Shown here: positions 34,622 through 48,935 of the stretch, one piece after another
How positions within the stretch are numbered: position 1 is the stretch's first letter
How the letters are laid out: each line of letters begins with the position of its first letter
Assembly (NCBI RefSeq): GCF_009914755.1
Contig: NC_060933.1
From: the human T2T-CHM13v2.0 reference genome, Homo sapiens
Strand: one strand, 5' to 3'
DNA: 64,000 bases
Notes under the pieces: generated by a model
What the model was told of the DNA's origin: nothing
Seen by the model: the letters and a program-made list of their open reading frames with translations, nothing else
Database searches by the model: none
Translations under genes and position numbers: made by a program

Positions 34622-34950
34622 GGCCGGGTGTGGTGGCTCACGCCTGTAATCCTAGCACTTTGGGAGGCTGAGGCAAGCAGATCACGAGGTCAGGAGATGG
34701 AGACAATCCTGGCTAACATGGTGAAACCCCATCTCTACTAAAAATACAAAAAATTAGCCAGGTGTGGTGGCAGGCGCCTGTAGTCCCAGCTACCCAGGAG
34801 GCTGAGGCAGGAGAATGGCATGAACCCAGGAGGTGGAGCTTTCAGTGAGCTGAGATCACGTCACTGCACTCCAGCCTGGGCAACAGAGCAATACTCCAAC
34901 TCAAAAAAAAAATAAACAAAAAACAAAACAAACAAACAAACAAAAAACAA
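34622..34950 (+). mobile_element. AluY-like
   Basis: 'gatcacgaggtcaggagat...atcctggctaacatgg'; TSD ctcagtcag. Confidence 0.93.
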
Positions 34951-35304
34951 CTCAGTCAGGAAAATCCCTGTAAAAACTAGTTATTTCTATTAGTTTTTCT
35001 GTGAATCATCATCATGGAATCTTTTTAATCAAGAAAAATAGAGATTTGTTATTTATTACTCAGTGAATCTGAGATAGTCCCCATAGAAATTCAGAATGTT
35101 CAGAGAAACATTGGAATAATCAAATTGCCATTAAGACAGTCTAGAAATTTGGAATTATCTGAACTAACTGTGAAGACAACCACAAATTCACAAATTAACT
35201 ATTTAGCTCATTCATTTCTTGCTTTGGTTATACTGACAGAGCAAATATGTTTGAGAATGAGTGTTTGGGGGTTTTTGCCCTCTCAGATTACTATTGCGTT
35301 TACC

Positions 35305-35700
35305 TATGGTGGTCCACCCGTCAAACCCAAAATATAATGGTTGAAAACAACAACCATTTCTTTGTTCATTATTCTTTGTGGATGTGCAATTAGGGCTGGG
35401 ATTTGCTGGGATGGTTTGGCTCTGTACCACCAGATACTGAACTAGGCTCAATGTTGCATTTGAGCCATGGCTGGGGCAACTCAGGGTACTCTCTTCATGT
35501 TCTTAATTTCCAGGAGGTTAGCCCAATCTTTTCCACATAATGGTAGAAGAGTTCCCAGTAGGCAGAAAAGGTAAGTGCTAATGCACAACGTTTATTTAGC
35601 TTCTGCTTGTATCATGTTTGCTGATATTTCATTGGCCTAGCAGAGTCATCACGGGACAGGACTATACAGGAAATGGCTATAGAAAAGAATTATTCTCCAG
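35305..35700 (-). mobile_element. Old MLT1-type MaLR LTR
   Basis: 'cccaaaatataatggttgaaaacaacaaccatt...gggctgggatttgctgggatgg', 'tttgctgatatttcattggcc'. Confidence 0.6.
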
Positions 35701-35792
35701 AATTTATAGAAAGGAGTAAAAATTGATCACAATTACTAACACAAAACACATTAAACTGCTTTCTCTTTTAGAAGATGAGTATTAGGTCAGAT

Positions 35793-36389
35793 CAGGTGGG
35801 CAAACTATGGCCTAGGGAACAAATCTGGCCTGCCACCTGTTTTTGTGAATAAAATGTTATTGAATCACAGCCACACCTATTTATATATTTGCTATAGTTT
35901 GGTTGTTTGAACCCCACCCCCACCCCACATGCACTTCTTGTTGAAATTTGATGCCCAGTGTTGGAGATCTAGCCTAATGGGAGGTATTTGGGCCATGGGG
36001 GTGGATTCTTACTTGGGGGTGAGTTAGTTGTTACAGAGAGCCTGGCACCTCTCCCCTCTCTCTCTTTCTTCCTCCCACTATGTGATTTCTGCACACACCA
36101 GCTCACCTTCTGCCATGAGTAGAAGCAGCCTGAAGCCCCCACCAGATGCAGATGCCCAACCTTACCTTTCCAGCCATCAGAACTATGAATCAAATAAACC
36201 TTTTTTCTTTACAAATTACCTAACCACAGGTTTTTTTTATAGCAACAAAAAATGAACAAAGACAGCTTTGTCTATAGCTCTTTTGCTCTATAATGGCAGA
36301 GTTGAGTAACTGCTACATAAACTGTATGGCCCACAAAGCCTAAAATATTTACTCTTGAGACCTTTACAGAAAAGGTATGCTGATACTGA
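35793..36389 (+). mobile_element. MER58A hAT MITE split by an MST/MLT1A-type LTR (35890-36264)
   Basis: 'ggcaaactatggcc...cctgtttttgtgaataaa' and 'ggcccacaaagcctaaaatatttact'; LTR 'tgctatagtttgg...caaagaca'. Confidence 0.85.
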
Positions 36390-38028
36390 ATTAGATAATT
36401 TACCTTTTATCTGTCTCTAAATGGTAAAGCAAAAAGATTTTAACTGAATACTTTTTAACTGTAATCTAGTTCCAGGGTTAAAATTGAATTGTCTTTTGGG
36501 GAATAAAAAGTTAGGATGGGAAATGGAGTATTCCCAGTGTCCCTGAGACAATGATCTTTTTCCCTAGGAAAGAAGATATGTAAGAAGTTACTACTAAGAT
36601 AGGTTGTATTTGGAGAAAAAGACAGGGAACTAATCATTTCCATGTATGTGTATGTGTGTGTACAGTTTAGATCTTATGGTCCAACACAGCAAGTTAATTC
36701 ATAAGAAAGTCAATTTTCCACCCACCTTCTCACTTGACAATTTGAAGAGTTTCTGATTTTTACAAACAGCCAGTGAGTGATGGAAACCAGTGGATACTGC
36801 CAAATAATCTTATTAGATTATATATTATAAGACTGGAGAGCTGGTACAGAAGGTGACACATGCATATGGGTGCAGGTGTTTGCATATGTAGATTTTCATT
36901 GTCTTCTATATTATTAGCTCTAATTGGAGATGTTTCACATGAGAGAAATAATCTTACATGCACATACAACAAGCATAATATGATAATTTAATATAGTATA
37001 TGCAATATATAATATATTGTAATATATCATTTGGTATAATATATAGAACAGTTTGGTATAACAGATATACACATAGAGAGATGAATAGACATACAGGTAG
37101 ATAATATTGTAATAACATAATCTTACCAGGCCATGAACATTTCCTCAACTTGTTTTTATTCTTACTACCATCATCACAAATATGCATCTGATGGTAGTCT
37201 ATGAGAAAAAGGATTCTGATTTTGTAATGCATTATCTTTATATTTTGTTGAAATATTTTGTTGAAGTTTTCTGTTGAATGTCACTTCAAAACTCTGACTC
37301 AGTCTAATTTCTATCAAGTTCTGAGTCTCGAGCAACCAAGTTGTTTGACATCATATATATATATAGGTTAGTATTCTATACCAGGTAAATGTCAACATTA
37401 GGTCAAGATACTGTTTAACAGTCAAGGATCAACACAAGTCAGAACAGGAGAAAACACATACTTTAAATGTGGCCTTCAATCTATGACTATTTTATTAGTC
37501 TTAAAAATTTAATGGTTAACATCTTTAAAGTTTGATATGGAGTTTTCTTTTGATTTGATGGTGGTGGCATTGTCAGGATTAAACTTATTTAACCAATGTG
37601 AAGTTCTTAGAAGAAATGAGGCATATACTGTTTGCTATTATTGTTGTTACTTAGCTTGCAATGAATATTAGTCTTGTAGATTCATGTTGATATCTACTAC
37701 TGTGTTCACATATATATGTAAGTATATTTTTATTAGGTTAATGTGTATATACATACTCAACCCTATAAAAATATTAAAAACCTAGAGAAATAGGGCTGAG
37801 AGTTAACTCAGAAAGGTGAAGTGAGAATAAAAAATGAGAAACAAATAGTTATCATCTGGGAGAACTACAAGCAAGATGGAACATATGCAAGGAATTATTG
37901 CTGTGGGTGTTGAATATTTGTGGATTTCCCAATTCATCCCATATTGTAGATGCTGTCTGGGAGTGGACATGGTGGTTTAAAGAAAAACTTGATAAGACTG
38001 AACATAGATTTTTTTCTATCAGTTTTTA

Positions 38029-39555
38029 AAATAGACTTCATTTTTTTAGAGAAGTTTTAGGTTTACAGAAAAGTTGGCCATAAAGTGTAGAGATATACAT
38101 CCCTTTTCACCTACCATCTTCCACCCAGTTTCTCCTATTATTAACATCCTGTAATAGTGGGGTGCATTTGGTACAATTGATTAACCAATATGGATATTTT
38201 ATTGACTGAAGTCAATAGTTTACATTACGGTTCACTCTTTGTGTTGTACAGTTTTGACACATGAATAATGTCATGTATCCACCATGACAGTATAATATGG
38301 AATAGTTTCACTGTCCTAAAAATGCCCTATGCTCTACCTATTCATCCCTCCTCCTTCACTCTGAACCTCTGGCAACCACCAATCTTTTTACATCACTCAA
38401 AAATTGCCCCTATTACAACAGAATGAATAAGACCTATTATTTGATAGCACAACAGGGTGACTATAGTCAATACAAACTTAAATGTATATTTTAAAGTAAC
38501 TTAAAGAGTGTAATTGGATTGTTGGTAATTCAGAGGATAAATGCTTAAGGGGATGGACATCCCATTCTCCATGATGTACTTATTTCACGTTGCATGCCTG
38601 TATCAAAACATCTTATGTATTGGATAAATGTATACACCTACTATATACCTGTGAAAAATTTTTTTAAAAGACCTATCAGTATCTATAGTTTTGTCTTTTC
38701 CAGAAAGTCATATAGGTGGAATCATGCAGTATGTAGTTCAGACTATCTTCTTTCACTAAGCATTATGCATTTAAGGTTTTTCCATGTCTTTTTATATCTT
38801 GGTAGTCTATTTCTTTCTATCACTGAATAAGATTATCTTATCTGGGTGTACCACAGTTTATCTATTCACCTATTGAAGGACATATTGGTTGCTTCCAAAT
38901 TTTGTTAATTATGAATAGACATGCTTATTTGAAGACTTTTGTGTAGACATAAGGCTTCAATTAGCGTGGGAAAAAACCTATGAGTGTGGATTCTGGATCT
39001 TTTGGTAAGCCAGTATTTGGCTTTGAAAGAAACTAACCTATCTTTCAAGATGGCTCTACCATTTGCATTACCAACAGTGATAAATGTGAGTTCATGTTGT
39101 TCCATATCCTCTTCAGCATTTGGTATTGTCAGTATTTTGGATTTCAGTCATTTAATTTGCAGCTCCCGAACCATGTGCGATATCAAACATCTTTTCACAT
39201 ACTTTTTTTTGCCATATGTGTATCTTCTTTGGTGAGGTGTCTGTTCAGATGTTTTGACTATTTTTAAATTGGGCTGTTTGCTTTCTTATTGTTGGATCTT
39301 AAGAGTACTTTGTATATTTTGGATACAACTGCATTATCTGATATGTATGTCTTCTGCAAATTTTTTTTTTCAATTTGTGCTTGTCCTTTTATTCTGTTAA
39401 CAGTGTCTTTTGTGGAGCAGAAGTTTTTAATTTCATTGCAGTTTAATTAATTTTTTTTATTTTATGGATCGTACTTCTGATATAGTATCTAAAAAGTCAT
39501 TGCCAAACCCAGGGTCAGCTATGTTTTTCAGTGCTATTTCCTAGAAGTTTCCTAC
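38029..39555 (-). mobile_element. L1MC/MB-like 3' end containing a plus-strand L1MA 3' fragment (38421-38670)
   Basis: 'aatagacttcatttttttagagaagttttaggtttacag'; insert 'gaatgaataagacctattatttgatagcacaacagggtgac'. Confidence 0.8.
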
Positions 39556-39949
39556 CAGTTTTAGGGAAATGATCCTTGCTGTTCAAAACTTTGTCTTCTT
39601 CAATGCTTTTCTCTCATTATATAATGGCTTTTTCTCTCTTGTCTATACTTAACTAAAGAAAACCTAACCATCCTTTGAAGAGTCAATTCAAGGCTCACAG
39701 CCTTTGAAACTTGTTCTGATTACATCAGACCACTTTGATCTCCTTTTTTGAACCCCTGAAGCTATGGCAATCTATACCACATTGTTCAGTACTGTATTAT
39801 ACTCTGCTTTTAAAAAATTATTTTCATGTGTTAATCATATCTTTCAGGCAAGATAACTTAGAAATTATTCATCCTTTATAACTACTAGCAAACTTAGTGT
39901 GGTTTGGACCTAGAACAAGTTCTTAAAAAATGCCAGAAACCAGGAAACA

Positions 39950-40200
39950 CAGTGAAATTGTTAAAGGCTTGGGTTTTGAAGTTATAAGGTTTTTATTTCA
40001 CCTGTGCAACTGATGCCTATATGATCTTGGCAAACAAATTATTGAACCTCTCTGACTTGAGCATATTTTTCTGTGACAAAAGGATAAGAATATTATCTAC
40101 CTAATATGGTTGATGTAAGTATCAGCATGAGATAAATACATACAAAGCTCTTAGCATATATCCCGGCACATGGTATGTGCTCTATGTTGATGTTATTACT
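39950..40200. mobile_element. MIR
   Basis: 'gatcttggcaaac...aacctctctgac...atctacctaatatggttg...aaagctcttagcat'. Confidence 0.6.
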
Positions 40201-40449
40201 ACAGTTGTTATCTTTATAATTAAAGTAGACTGACTACAGCATGAATGAATTAGGTTAGTTATAATGAAGATGAAAATATTTTTATGGCCTTTATATCTCA
40301 TTATTATTATTGTTATGTTTAAAAGTACATGTTATTTAAAACTTGAACAAGAATCCTTTTGCCTTTGTCCTTCCAAATTGGATTCCGCTTTCATAACTAC
40401 TACTAAGTATTCAGTTTAATGATCACATTTACTGTTAGTGATGAACACA

Positions 40450-40730
40450 TGACCCAAGTGAACTTAGCCAGCCTTAAGGCAGTTCCTTTTTCTCCTTGTT
40501 GAGAAGAGGGTTTTTCTTGTTTCCTGCACAGAAACAATGAAGAATAAAGCCTCATTTGATCTTAGAACCCTGAAGGTAACTATCATCATGGATAGCAGTG
40601 CAGAGAGGTGAAAAGACCCTCTGCATGCTTGATAACATGTTTGAGTGTCTGTATAGGTGAGAAAATTTTGCTTATTGTTTAAAATCATTTTGAGACAGAT
40701 TGCCTATTACTTGCAGCTGAAAGCAGCCAA
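40450..40730 (+). mobile_element. Old MLT1-type LTR fragment
   Basis: 'cacatgacccaag', 3' end 'ctattacttgcagctgaaagca'. Confidence 0.55.
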
Positions 40731-42029
40731 AATAGTAGCTATTTATAACTTCTTTCTGCTTAATATAGACTGAGGTATGAAATAGTCTCCTTCTGACTCA
40801 GCAGTAAAATCAGTAAAAACCCTGTAACCATCTCCCTTGGAAATGAGAGCCTAACCACAGATATATGTATAATATTAATCATAGAACATCACTTTCTCCT
40901 CCAAAAGTGTGAACTATTGTTAAATCAGCAATCCACCCTGACTTGAGGGACAGTGAATAAAGAGAAGCTCTGCATGTGAAGGTGATAAGAGGATTCACCC
41001 ACAGAGAGCAGAGAGCCATGCCTCTTTTCTGGTAGCCAAAAAAGTTGAATGTAGTCTGCCTTGAGGTCATTTCACTTTTTTCTCTAGATTGTCTGATGGT
41101 AGCTGAAAGCAAAATGTCTCCCTTAGGATGTAACCTCCCATAAGCTGAGGAGCTGAGCATTAACATGAGGGAGACAGAACAGGAAAGGAAGCCTGTATTC
41201 TTTCTTGGAGCTGTTAATAATGTACTGGACAAGGGCAATAAATAATTGATAGTCGTCACCTCACTGCTTCTTGGTTATTCATGGGCTTCAAGATGGTCCT
41301 TTATCTTAGCGCCATCTAATCGTGTTACATCACATGCACTACTCGTTGCCAACATTAATATGTCTGCCAGTGACATGTGCTGCACACCAGCTTTTCAGAG
41401 CTATCACAAACTGCTGATCTGTGCCAGTCAAGAGCAATGTAATTGTCACTCGCGGACAGAAATATTAACGCCAGACAGAATAGTGTAAATAATACAAAAA
41501 ATAACCTCCAACCCCAACGACAAATCTCCATAATTAGGGAAAGGTCTCTTTCATCACATCCACCGTACAATTCCCCTGAATGAGAATTGCAGTAGTTGAG
41601 AGAGAAGCAGGCTCAATTCAGTCAGGCTGAGCACCTGCATTCTTTTGATTATGTACATTGCAGAGACAGAGTAGGTGTGTGGATTCTGGAGCAAAGCAAT
41701 GGGAGATTGTAAGGGAATATTTTAGATTTTTCTTCCTGATACCTTTATATACACCTGCAGAGATACCACGGCAACCTAGCAGTGATTGCCTTTCATGACA
41801 AGGTGGCCACATTAACCCACATATGGTAATTTCTAAATATTGATTATAGGAAGAATGAGTGTGCCAAGTAGAGAGGTACTAAATTCAGAAAGGAGGAGAA
41901 GGCAAAAAATGTACTTTAATTGGCAGCTAAAACTACTTAGACATTATACAGCTCATTTTATTCTCAAAGTGTTCGAGAGAGTGTTACCTAATGAATCCTT
42001 TTTATCAGAGGCAATAAGATTCCCCCATG

Positions 42030-42490
42030 CACCTGTGGCAAATGCCATCCATTCTTCCTTCTTCCTTGCCAACAGAATCCCAATTATGAACAAGATGGCA
42101 GAATGCCTGGCTAAATACTAGCTTCCTCAGCCTTTGTTGTAGCTAGAGGTGGCCAAGTCAGAGTTCTGGCCAATGGGATAGGAGTGGAGGACTGTTGGGG
42201 GTTTCTGGAAATATTTTTTGTTTTCCTAATAAAAAGAGCATATGTTTCTGGAGCCACCCTTCTCTTTTCTACCCCTCCCTGTCTTCAATGTGTGGAGCTA
42301 AAGATGCTCCAAGTACAGGTTGAGAGATACACAGATATAGACCCTGACTTTGGTGAGCTGTGATTGATACCAGCAGTCAGCTCCTCTGAGATTCTTTTTA
42401 TCTGAGAAAAATAACTCTCTTTTTTTTTTTTTTTAAAGTCACTACAGGTCATATTTTGTTACTTTCTGATGATCACATTCTTAACTATAT
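42030..42490 (+). mobile_element. Old MLT1-type LTR
   Basis: 'agctagaggtggccaagtcagagttctggccaatgggatag', 'tgagaaaaataac', 'ttttgttact'. Confidence 0.6.
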
Positions 42491-42612
42491 CACCTAATCT
42501 AAAAGCCTTGCTAAAGCCCAACATTAAAACAAAACAAAAAATTTTAAAAAAAAACCTCTTTAATAGTCACATGGAAGTGTAACAACAGACAGGAATATAC
42601 TAGTAGAACTAG

Positions 42613-42956
<344 letters not shown>

Positions 42957-43137
42957 AAGCACTTTCATAAGACCTTTGCATGCACCAACTCATTCAATTC
43001 TTACAGTAAGCTTATGGAGCATGTTCTGTTATATACCCATTTTATACATGGAACAAAGGCACAGTGAGGTCAAGCAACTTGCCTGAGGACCAAAGCTAAG
43101 AGGTGATGGAGCCAGGATTCTGGGTTCCAGAGTCTAG

Positions 43138-43437
<300 letters not shown>

Positions 43438-45970
43438 TGATATGTATTTTCCATTTCATAAAAGCAGAAAACCAAGTCAAAGTCTTAATTGATGAATCCA
43501 TGCCTACAGATAAGTTCTTTTTGATGTGTTCTGACTATTACTAGGAAAAAGATTCTTTTGTGAGATATGATTTCAAGCAATTTTTGTGTTGTGTGGAATT
43601 TTTGTTTCCAGAAGCTCTAAACAAAAAATCTATCCATCCATCCATCATATGGAGATTACCATGGCAACTATCTGCACTGCATCTAACATATTTGCATTGG
43701 TATATATTGAACTTGCCTGGTTCTTGAACTGTGGCATTTAAAACAACACAGTCTTTAAATTTGGATTATCCCAAAGTGGATTTCAAATCCAGCTGTATTG
43801 CTAATTTTTTTCCTCTGAAGGCTAGTACATTTGTTTGTTTATTCATTGATCACCAAAAATGAGATAGTTCATGTCAAAATGTTTGGAAGCTGTCAAACAA
43901 AAATCTATATAAATATAAAGAAGTATTATATTGTGGAGGGATTTTAATGTGATAAAATAAGAATTAGGAAACCCCAATTCTTCTGGTTATGTCCTTGAAC
44001 TACTACGTGACATTGGGTGAGTCAATTATCCTTTCTGGGCATTGCTGACCTGACTTTTGTTCTCTGGGCCAATATAGCCCCCTTGCTCCATTTACCTACC
44101 AGTTAATAAAAATGAGCTAAGAACTTCAGTCATGTGTTTGGAGGTATTTATGCAGGACTCTACCCAACCTTGTTTTTTTCCAACTTGCTTTTACTAGATT
44201 TCATCTAATTCCAGGTCCAAATTCTTTCCTCTGTAACTCCAAGTTTAATTTCTTCTTTAAAAATAGGCTAATAATAATAGGTCATATTTATTGAGTGCTA
44301 GCTCTGTGTCAGACACAATGGGCAATGTTTTGCTTCTGCTATCTACATATCTCAACTAAGACATTCACCTATAAGCAGTGGTATGGCTTAGACTGATTTC
44401 TTCCCTCTGGTTCTTAGTGGCTGGTGCCAATATTCACTGGTTACTTAATATTTTTTATATCATCCTTGACTATAGCTCTAAAAAGGCAGGTCCTACTGTT
44501 ATTTCTATTTTAGAGATGAGGCTTGTATAAACACTTGTATTTGGGATTCCTGGTAGCCCAAGGAGCACCATTTCCACTTTTGTAATTCATGTAGTAACAG
44601 GTCCCTTAGTGCATCTACCTTCTTACCTATATATAGATAAACTACTGTGTGAGTTTAGTCTCAATCCTTGAGTTTGGATTCTTAGAATTGACAGAAAAAA
44701 GCCACAGATGTATCTTCCCTGTATTTTCCAAAGGTTGTTCTCTTGCATATGGCAGAGGATTAAAGTCATTTTGAGATCTGAATTAAAAGATACTTTAGCA
44801 CTTCTAGAAAGATGTGGTCTAAGCCAATATAAAAACTCTATCATTGTAAACCCTTCAACACAATAAGACAAATACAACAATTTCTTTTAAAAATTTATTA
44901 TGTGGTCAGTAAGTAAGAAAGGAAAATCACTAGATGCCAGAAAAAAAAAAAGCAGTAAGTCCATAGTAAGTTCATGAACCAGTGCTACAACAGTCCTGGT
45001 TTGGAGGAAGATGAAGAGCAGATATTATATAACTGTTAATAGCTAAAGGCTGAAATTTTAAGATTCTGCTCACTGACCCAGAGAAATGACAAAACTCCTT
45101 TGCCTAGGATCTCTGTTTAAAAAGAAGTTTTATTTAGAGTCTGATTTTATGTTACCAGCATGGTGAGGAAACTCCAGTTGAATAGTGAACATAAAGGATG
45201 GCCCTCAGCTAATATTAGCCCCAGAGCACCTGGCATAGACAAACAGAGTCAGCTTGGAGGGAGACTTCCCAATTCAGGTTATATAGAATTCACATAGAAA
45301 AACTCAGGTTGAAGATGACCTCAGAAAAGTTACAAAAAACTTGAGGTTACAATTATAATTGAGAATCAGCAGATGCAGCATATATACCTAAGTATAAGAA
45401 AAGAAGAAGCTATTACATAAAAGTAGTATATCTGCAAAATATTCTTAAAAATAACTTTTAAGGACATAAAATATAATCATTGTTATAAAATAAAACCAGA
45501 TAGATTAAACATCAGATCATACATAATTTAAGAGAGAATGGACTGAAAGATCAATCTGAAGAAATTAGGTTGATTACATTTCAGATGAAAATGATATGGA
45601 AAATATAGAAGAGAGGTTTACAAACATGTAGGGCAGAATAAGAAGTTCCAACATGTCTAAAAGAAATTTTAGAAGGAGAGAATCTAACATTCAAAGAGCA
45701 TTGGGTTAGAATTTTCCAGAAGTGATCAAACATATCATTTTTATTTTAAGAGACACAAGTTCTGACAACATAAATTAATCCATACCTGGAAATATCATAG
45801 AAAAACTATAGCATGCAAAAAAAACAAAGAAAAAAATATAATGGCTACTACAGAGAAAAAAAAACAGATTACCTACAAAAGAAACAATGATTAAGGTGAA
45901 AGTGTATATAACTACCACAATAAAGGAAAGAAAACAATGGAATAACATGTTCAAATGTCAGTTTAGAATA

Positions 45971-47053
45971 GTTGTTTTAAATTGCCTGTCTTCTCTGATA
46001 ATTCCAACATCTCTGCCATGTGTGAGTTAGTTCTGATGTCTCTTCATGCTGTGTTTTCTCAACTTTTAGTATGCCTGGTATTTTTTGTTGAAAGCATGAT
46101 GTATAAGTAAAAGTAACTGAAATAAATAGGCCTTTAGCGTGAGGTTATATGTTTACCTGACTAGAGGTTAAGTTATGTGAACTGTTTACTGTTTGCTCTA
46201 GCAATAGGTTTCAGAGGCTCAAATTTCCTCATGTACCTGTATTTTTGTCTTCTCTGTTGTCTTTGCCTTTCCGTAGAGACTTCTTAGATAACATCTGAGA
46301 TGGACAGTTCTTTCAGTTGTATTTCCCTATGATTAACGGGAATCCTATAGATGTGTTGGTGAGCAGGGAGGAGGGGAAGTGGCTTACAGTCCTATAAATA
46401 TGTCTCAGTCTTTTAGTGAGCCTGTGCCCCTGGACTGTGACCTTCACAAATGCTTTTTAGTTTAGTTTTGTTTTTTCCCCTTTAGGTAGGACAAGAAGTT
46501 TGGCAGGGAAGGCGGTGGGGGTTGGGGCTGGAGTTAGGTATTTTCCTTTTTCCAGATCAGTTAAAATAGTTTTAACTCTCTGGTAAAATAGCTTCTCTTG
46601 AGAGCAGAGAAGAGAGCACTCCAGGCATTTCAAAATGGCTACATTTCCCTTCCTCCAGCACAAGAGGATTTTTCTCCAATCTTTATTATGAGAACCTAGT
46701 AGGATTCTTGAAGATAAAACCCATGTAAGTGTGGGGACTACCCTAAGACTGGGCACCCCTTAGTTCTTAACTCTCAAACTTGTCCACACTGAGCCTCTAG
46801 CAATTTAATTACAGTTTAGGTTTTCCTAAACTGGCACTGCTTTCTGCAGAGGTTTCTACCCTGGGAAGGTTTGGTTTTCTCTATCTGCCTGTCTCCTCAA
46901 TTTTGGAGGCAGTGATTTTTTGTTACCTTAATTCTCTGATGGTTCTAAGGAGAGTTGTTGATTTTGATTTTATTCAGCTTTTTTCTTGTTATATTGGTAG
47001 AGGTGATGAATTCCAAGCTCCTTACATGCTGTACTGGACACTGGAAGCTCCCA
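45971..47053 (-). mobile_element. L1MC/MD-like 5'UTR plus start of ORF1, inserted in an older plus-strand L1ME-like ORF1 fragment (~45000-47680)
   Basis: Minus-strand start 'gagcttccagtgtccagtacagcatgtaaggagcttgg'; perfect 12-bp flanking repeat cagtttagaata. Confidence 0.7.
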
Positions 47054-47193
47054 CAGTTTAGAATATATCTGATAAAGTACCATTCAAGAAAAAGAGAAAA
47101 TAAAAAAATTTTAGATGCCCCCTGCCAAACTAAACCCCAAACACTACTACAAAAAACAAATAAAAGAAATCTCAAAGACAAAAAAGACAATCT

Positions 47194-47556
47194 TGATATG
47201 GTTTGGCTGTGTTCCCACCCAAGTCTCATCTTGAATTGTAGTTCCCGTAATCCTCATGTGTCGGGGGAGGGACCCAGTCGGGGTAATTGAATCATGGGGG
47301 CAGTTTCCCCTGTACTGTTTTTGTGATAATGAGTGAGTTCTCATGAAATCTGATGGTTTTATAAGCATCTGGCATTTCCCTTGCTGGCACTCATTCTCTC
47401 TCCTGCTGCCCTGTGAAGAGGTGCCTTCTGCCATGATTGTAAGCTTCTTGAGGTCTCCCCAGCCATCGAGAACTGTGAGTCAATTGAACCTATTTTCTTT
47501 ATTAAGTGCCCAGTCTTGGGTATTTCTTCATAGCAATGTGAGAACAGACTAATACA
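47194..47556 (+). mobile_element. THE1C-like solo LTR
   Basis: 'tgatatggtttggctgtg...cctgtgaagaggtgccttctgcc...gactaataca'. Confidence 0.92.
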
Positions 47557-48577
47557 GTACCCCACCCTGCAAAAAGGCTGTTAAACTTTACCACTCACAG
47601 ATTCTCAATGAAAGAATATATTTTAGTAAGAAAGGAGTAATAGGACATAAAGAAACAATGAAAATAAACCTTTAAGCCTTTTTTTGATCATTGGTGATTC
47701 AGAATACAACAGGTTTTTCTAATGGTTGGAACAACAGAAACTTTACCATCCATGATTTTGGATTAATTTTGTGTAACCTATTCAAACACATTTCCATGAT
47801 TCTCCAACATCATCTCTCATTTACTATCACAAGGAACTATTCCCCATTCTCTCCCCATTCCTACCTGCGATACCCATTCCCATGCTGTTCTTTTACTTTG
47901 AGTAACTTATTTTTCCCTGGTTACTTATCTATAATTATGCTTGAAGGTTCAGTTATGTTCTGTCTCCTCTGTTTGCCGCTGAATCATTTCCAAAATTTGA
48001 GAATTGAGAGGTCTTAAATCATGGGCCTTTTATGCCTTGGTGTCTGGAGTCTTTCATTCAGTGCTTTTGTTCATATTCTTAAAAGACAATTTTTTACAAA
48101 CATTTCCATTAACAGCCTCCTTTTCCTCAGATGAAGTGTTATAAGGCTGTAGGATTTTTATCAAGTGAGATGTAACTTGTTTTCATCCCTGCAGATGGAG
48201 TGGAAGCTCCTCAGGTTCAGGAACGAAGATGTATTTATTCTTATATATAATAAGATCTGTCTGTCAATATCATAAAATAGGAGTGGCTATCTAATTTCCT
48301 TTTGACTAGTCAGACACAGAAACTTCAACCAAGTGATGCTTTTTGGGTCATTGTTTTCAAAAAGCCGTGAAACATGTCTTATCCTTCAGATACTCTTCTG
48401 TCTTAATATTTGGTCAATTTGGCTTCAGACTAGTTGATATTGAAAACCAAAATGATTTTTTAAAAATCGTGTCAGCTAATGTATGGCTTCTCAAACATGC
48501 CCATGTGGCTTCAAACATTTGCATTCATATTTGTGAGTACAAATTGCCTATATTTGAATGAGCCATTAGTAGACTAT

Positions 48578-48935
48578 TGTATTAGTTCATGCTGCTGATA
48601 AAGACATACACAAGACTGGGCAATTTATAAATGAAAGAGGTTTAATTGGACTTACAGTTCCACGTGGCTGGAGAAGGTCTCACAATCATGGCAGAGGGTG
48701 AAAGGCCACTTCTTACATGGCAGTGGCAAGACAGAATAAGGAAGAAGCAAAAGCAGAAACCCCTGATAAACCCATCAGATCTTGTGAGACTTATTGACTA
48801 TCACGAGAATAGCATGGGAAAGACCAGCCCCCATGATTCAGTTATCTCCCCCTGGGACCTGCCCACAACACGCAGGAATTCTGGGAGATGCAATTCAAGT
48901 CGAAATTTGGGTAGGGACATAGCCAAACCATATCA
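48578..48935 (-). mobile_element. THE1A/B-like solo LTR
   Basis: TG/CA ends; TSD actat/gctat. Confidence 0.92.

Noticed and set aside
38421-38670. This L1MA 3' tip as the missing end of the 29088 L1MA
   Set aside because: It overlaps sequence already present at 29100+, has consensus-like 'tatttg' rather than the 'ctttg' shared by 7742 and 29088, and is not adjacent to an L1PA tail. It is best treated as an independent insertion.
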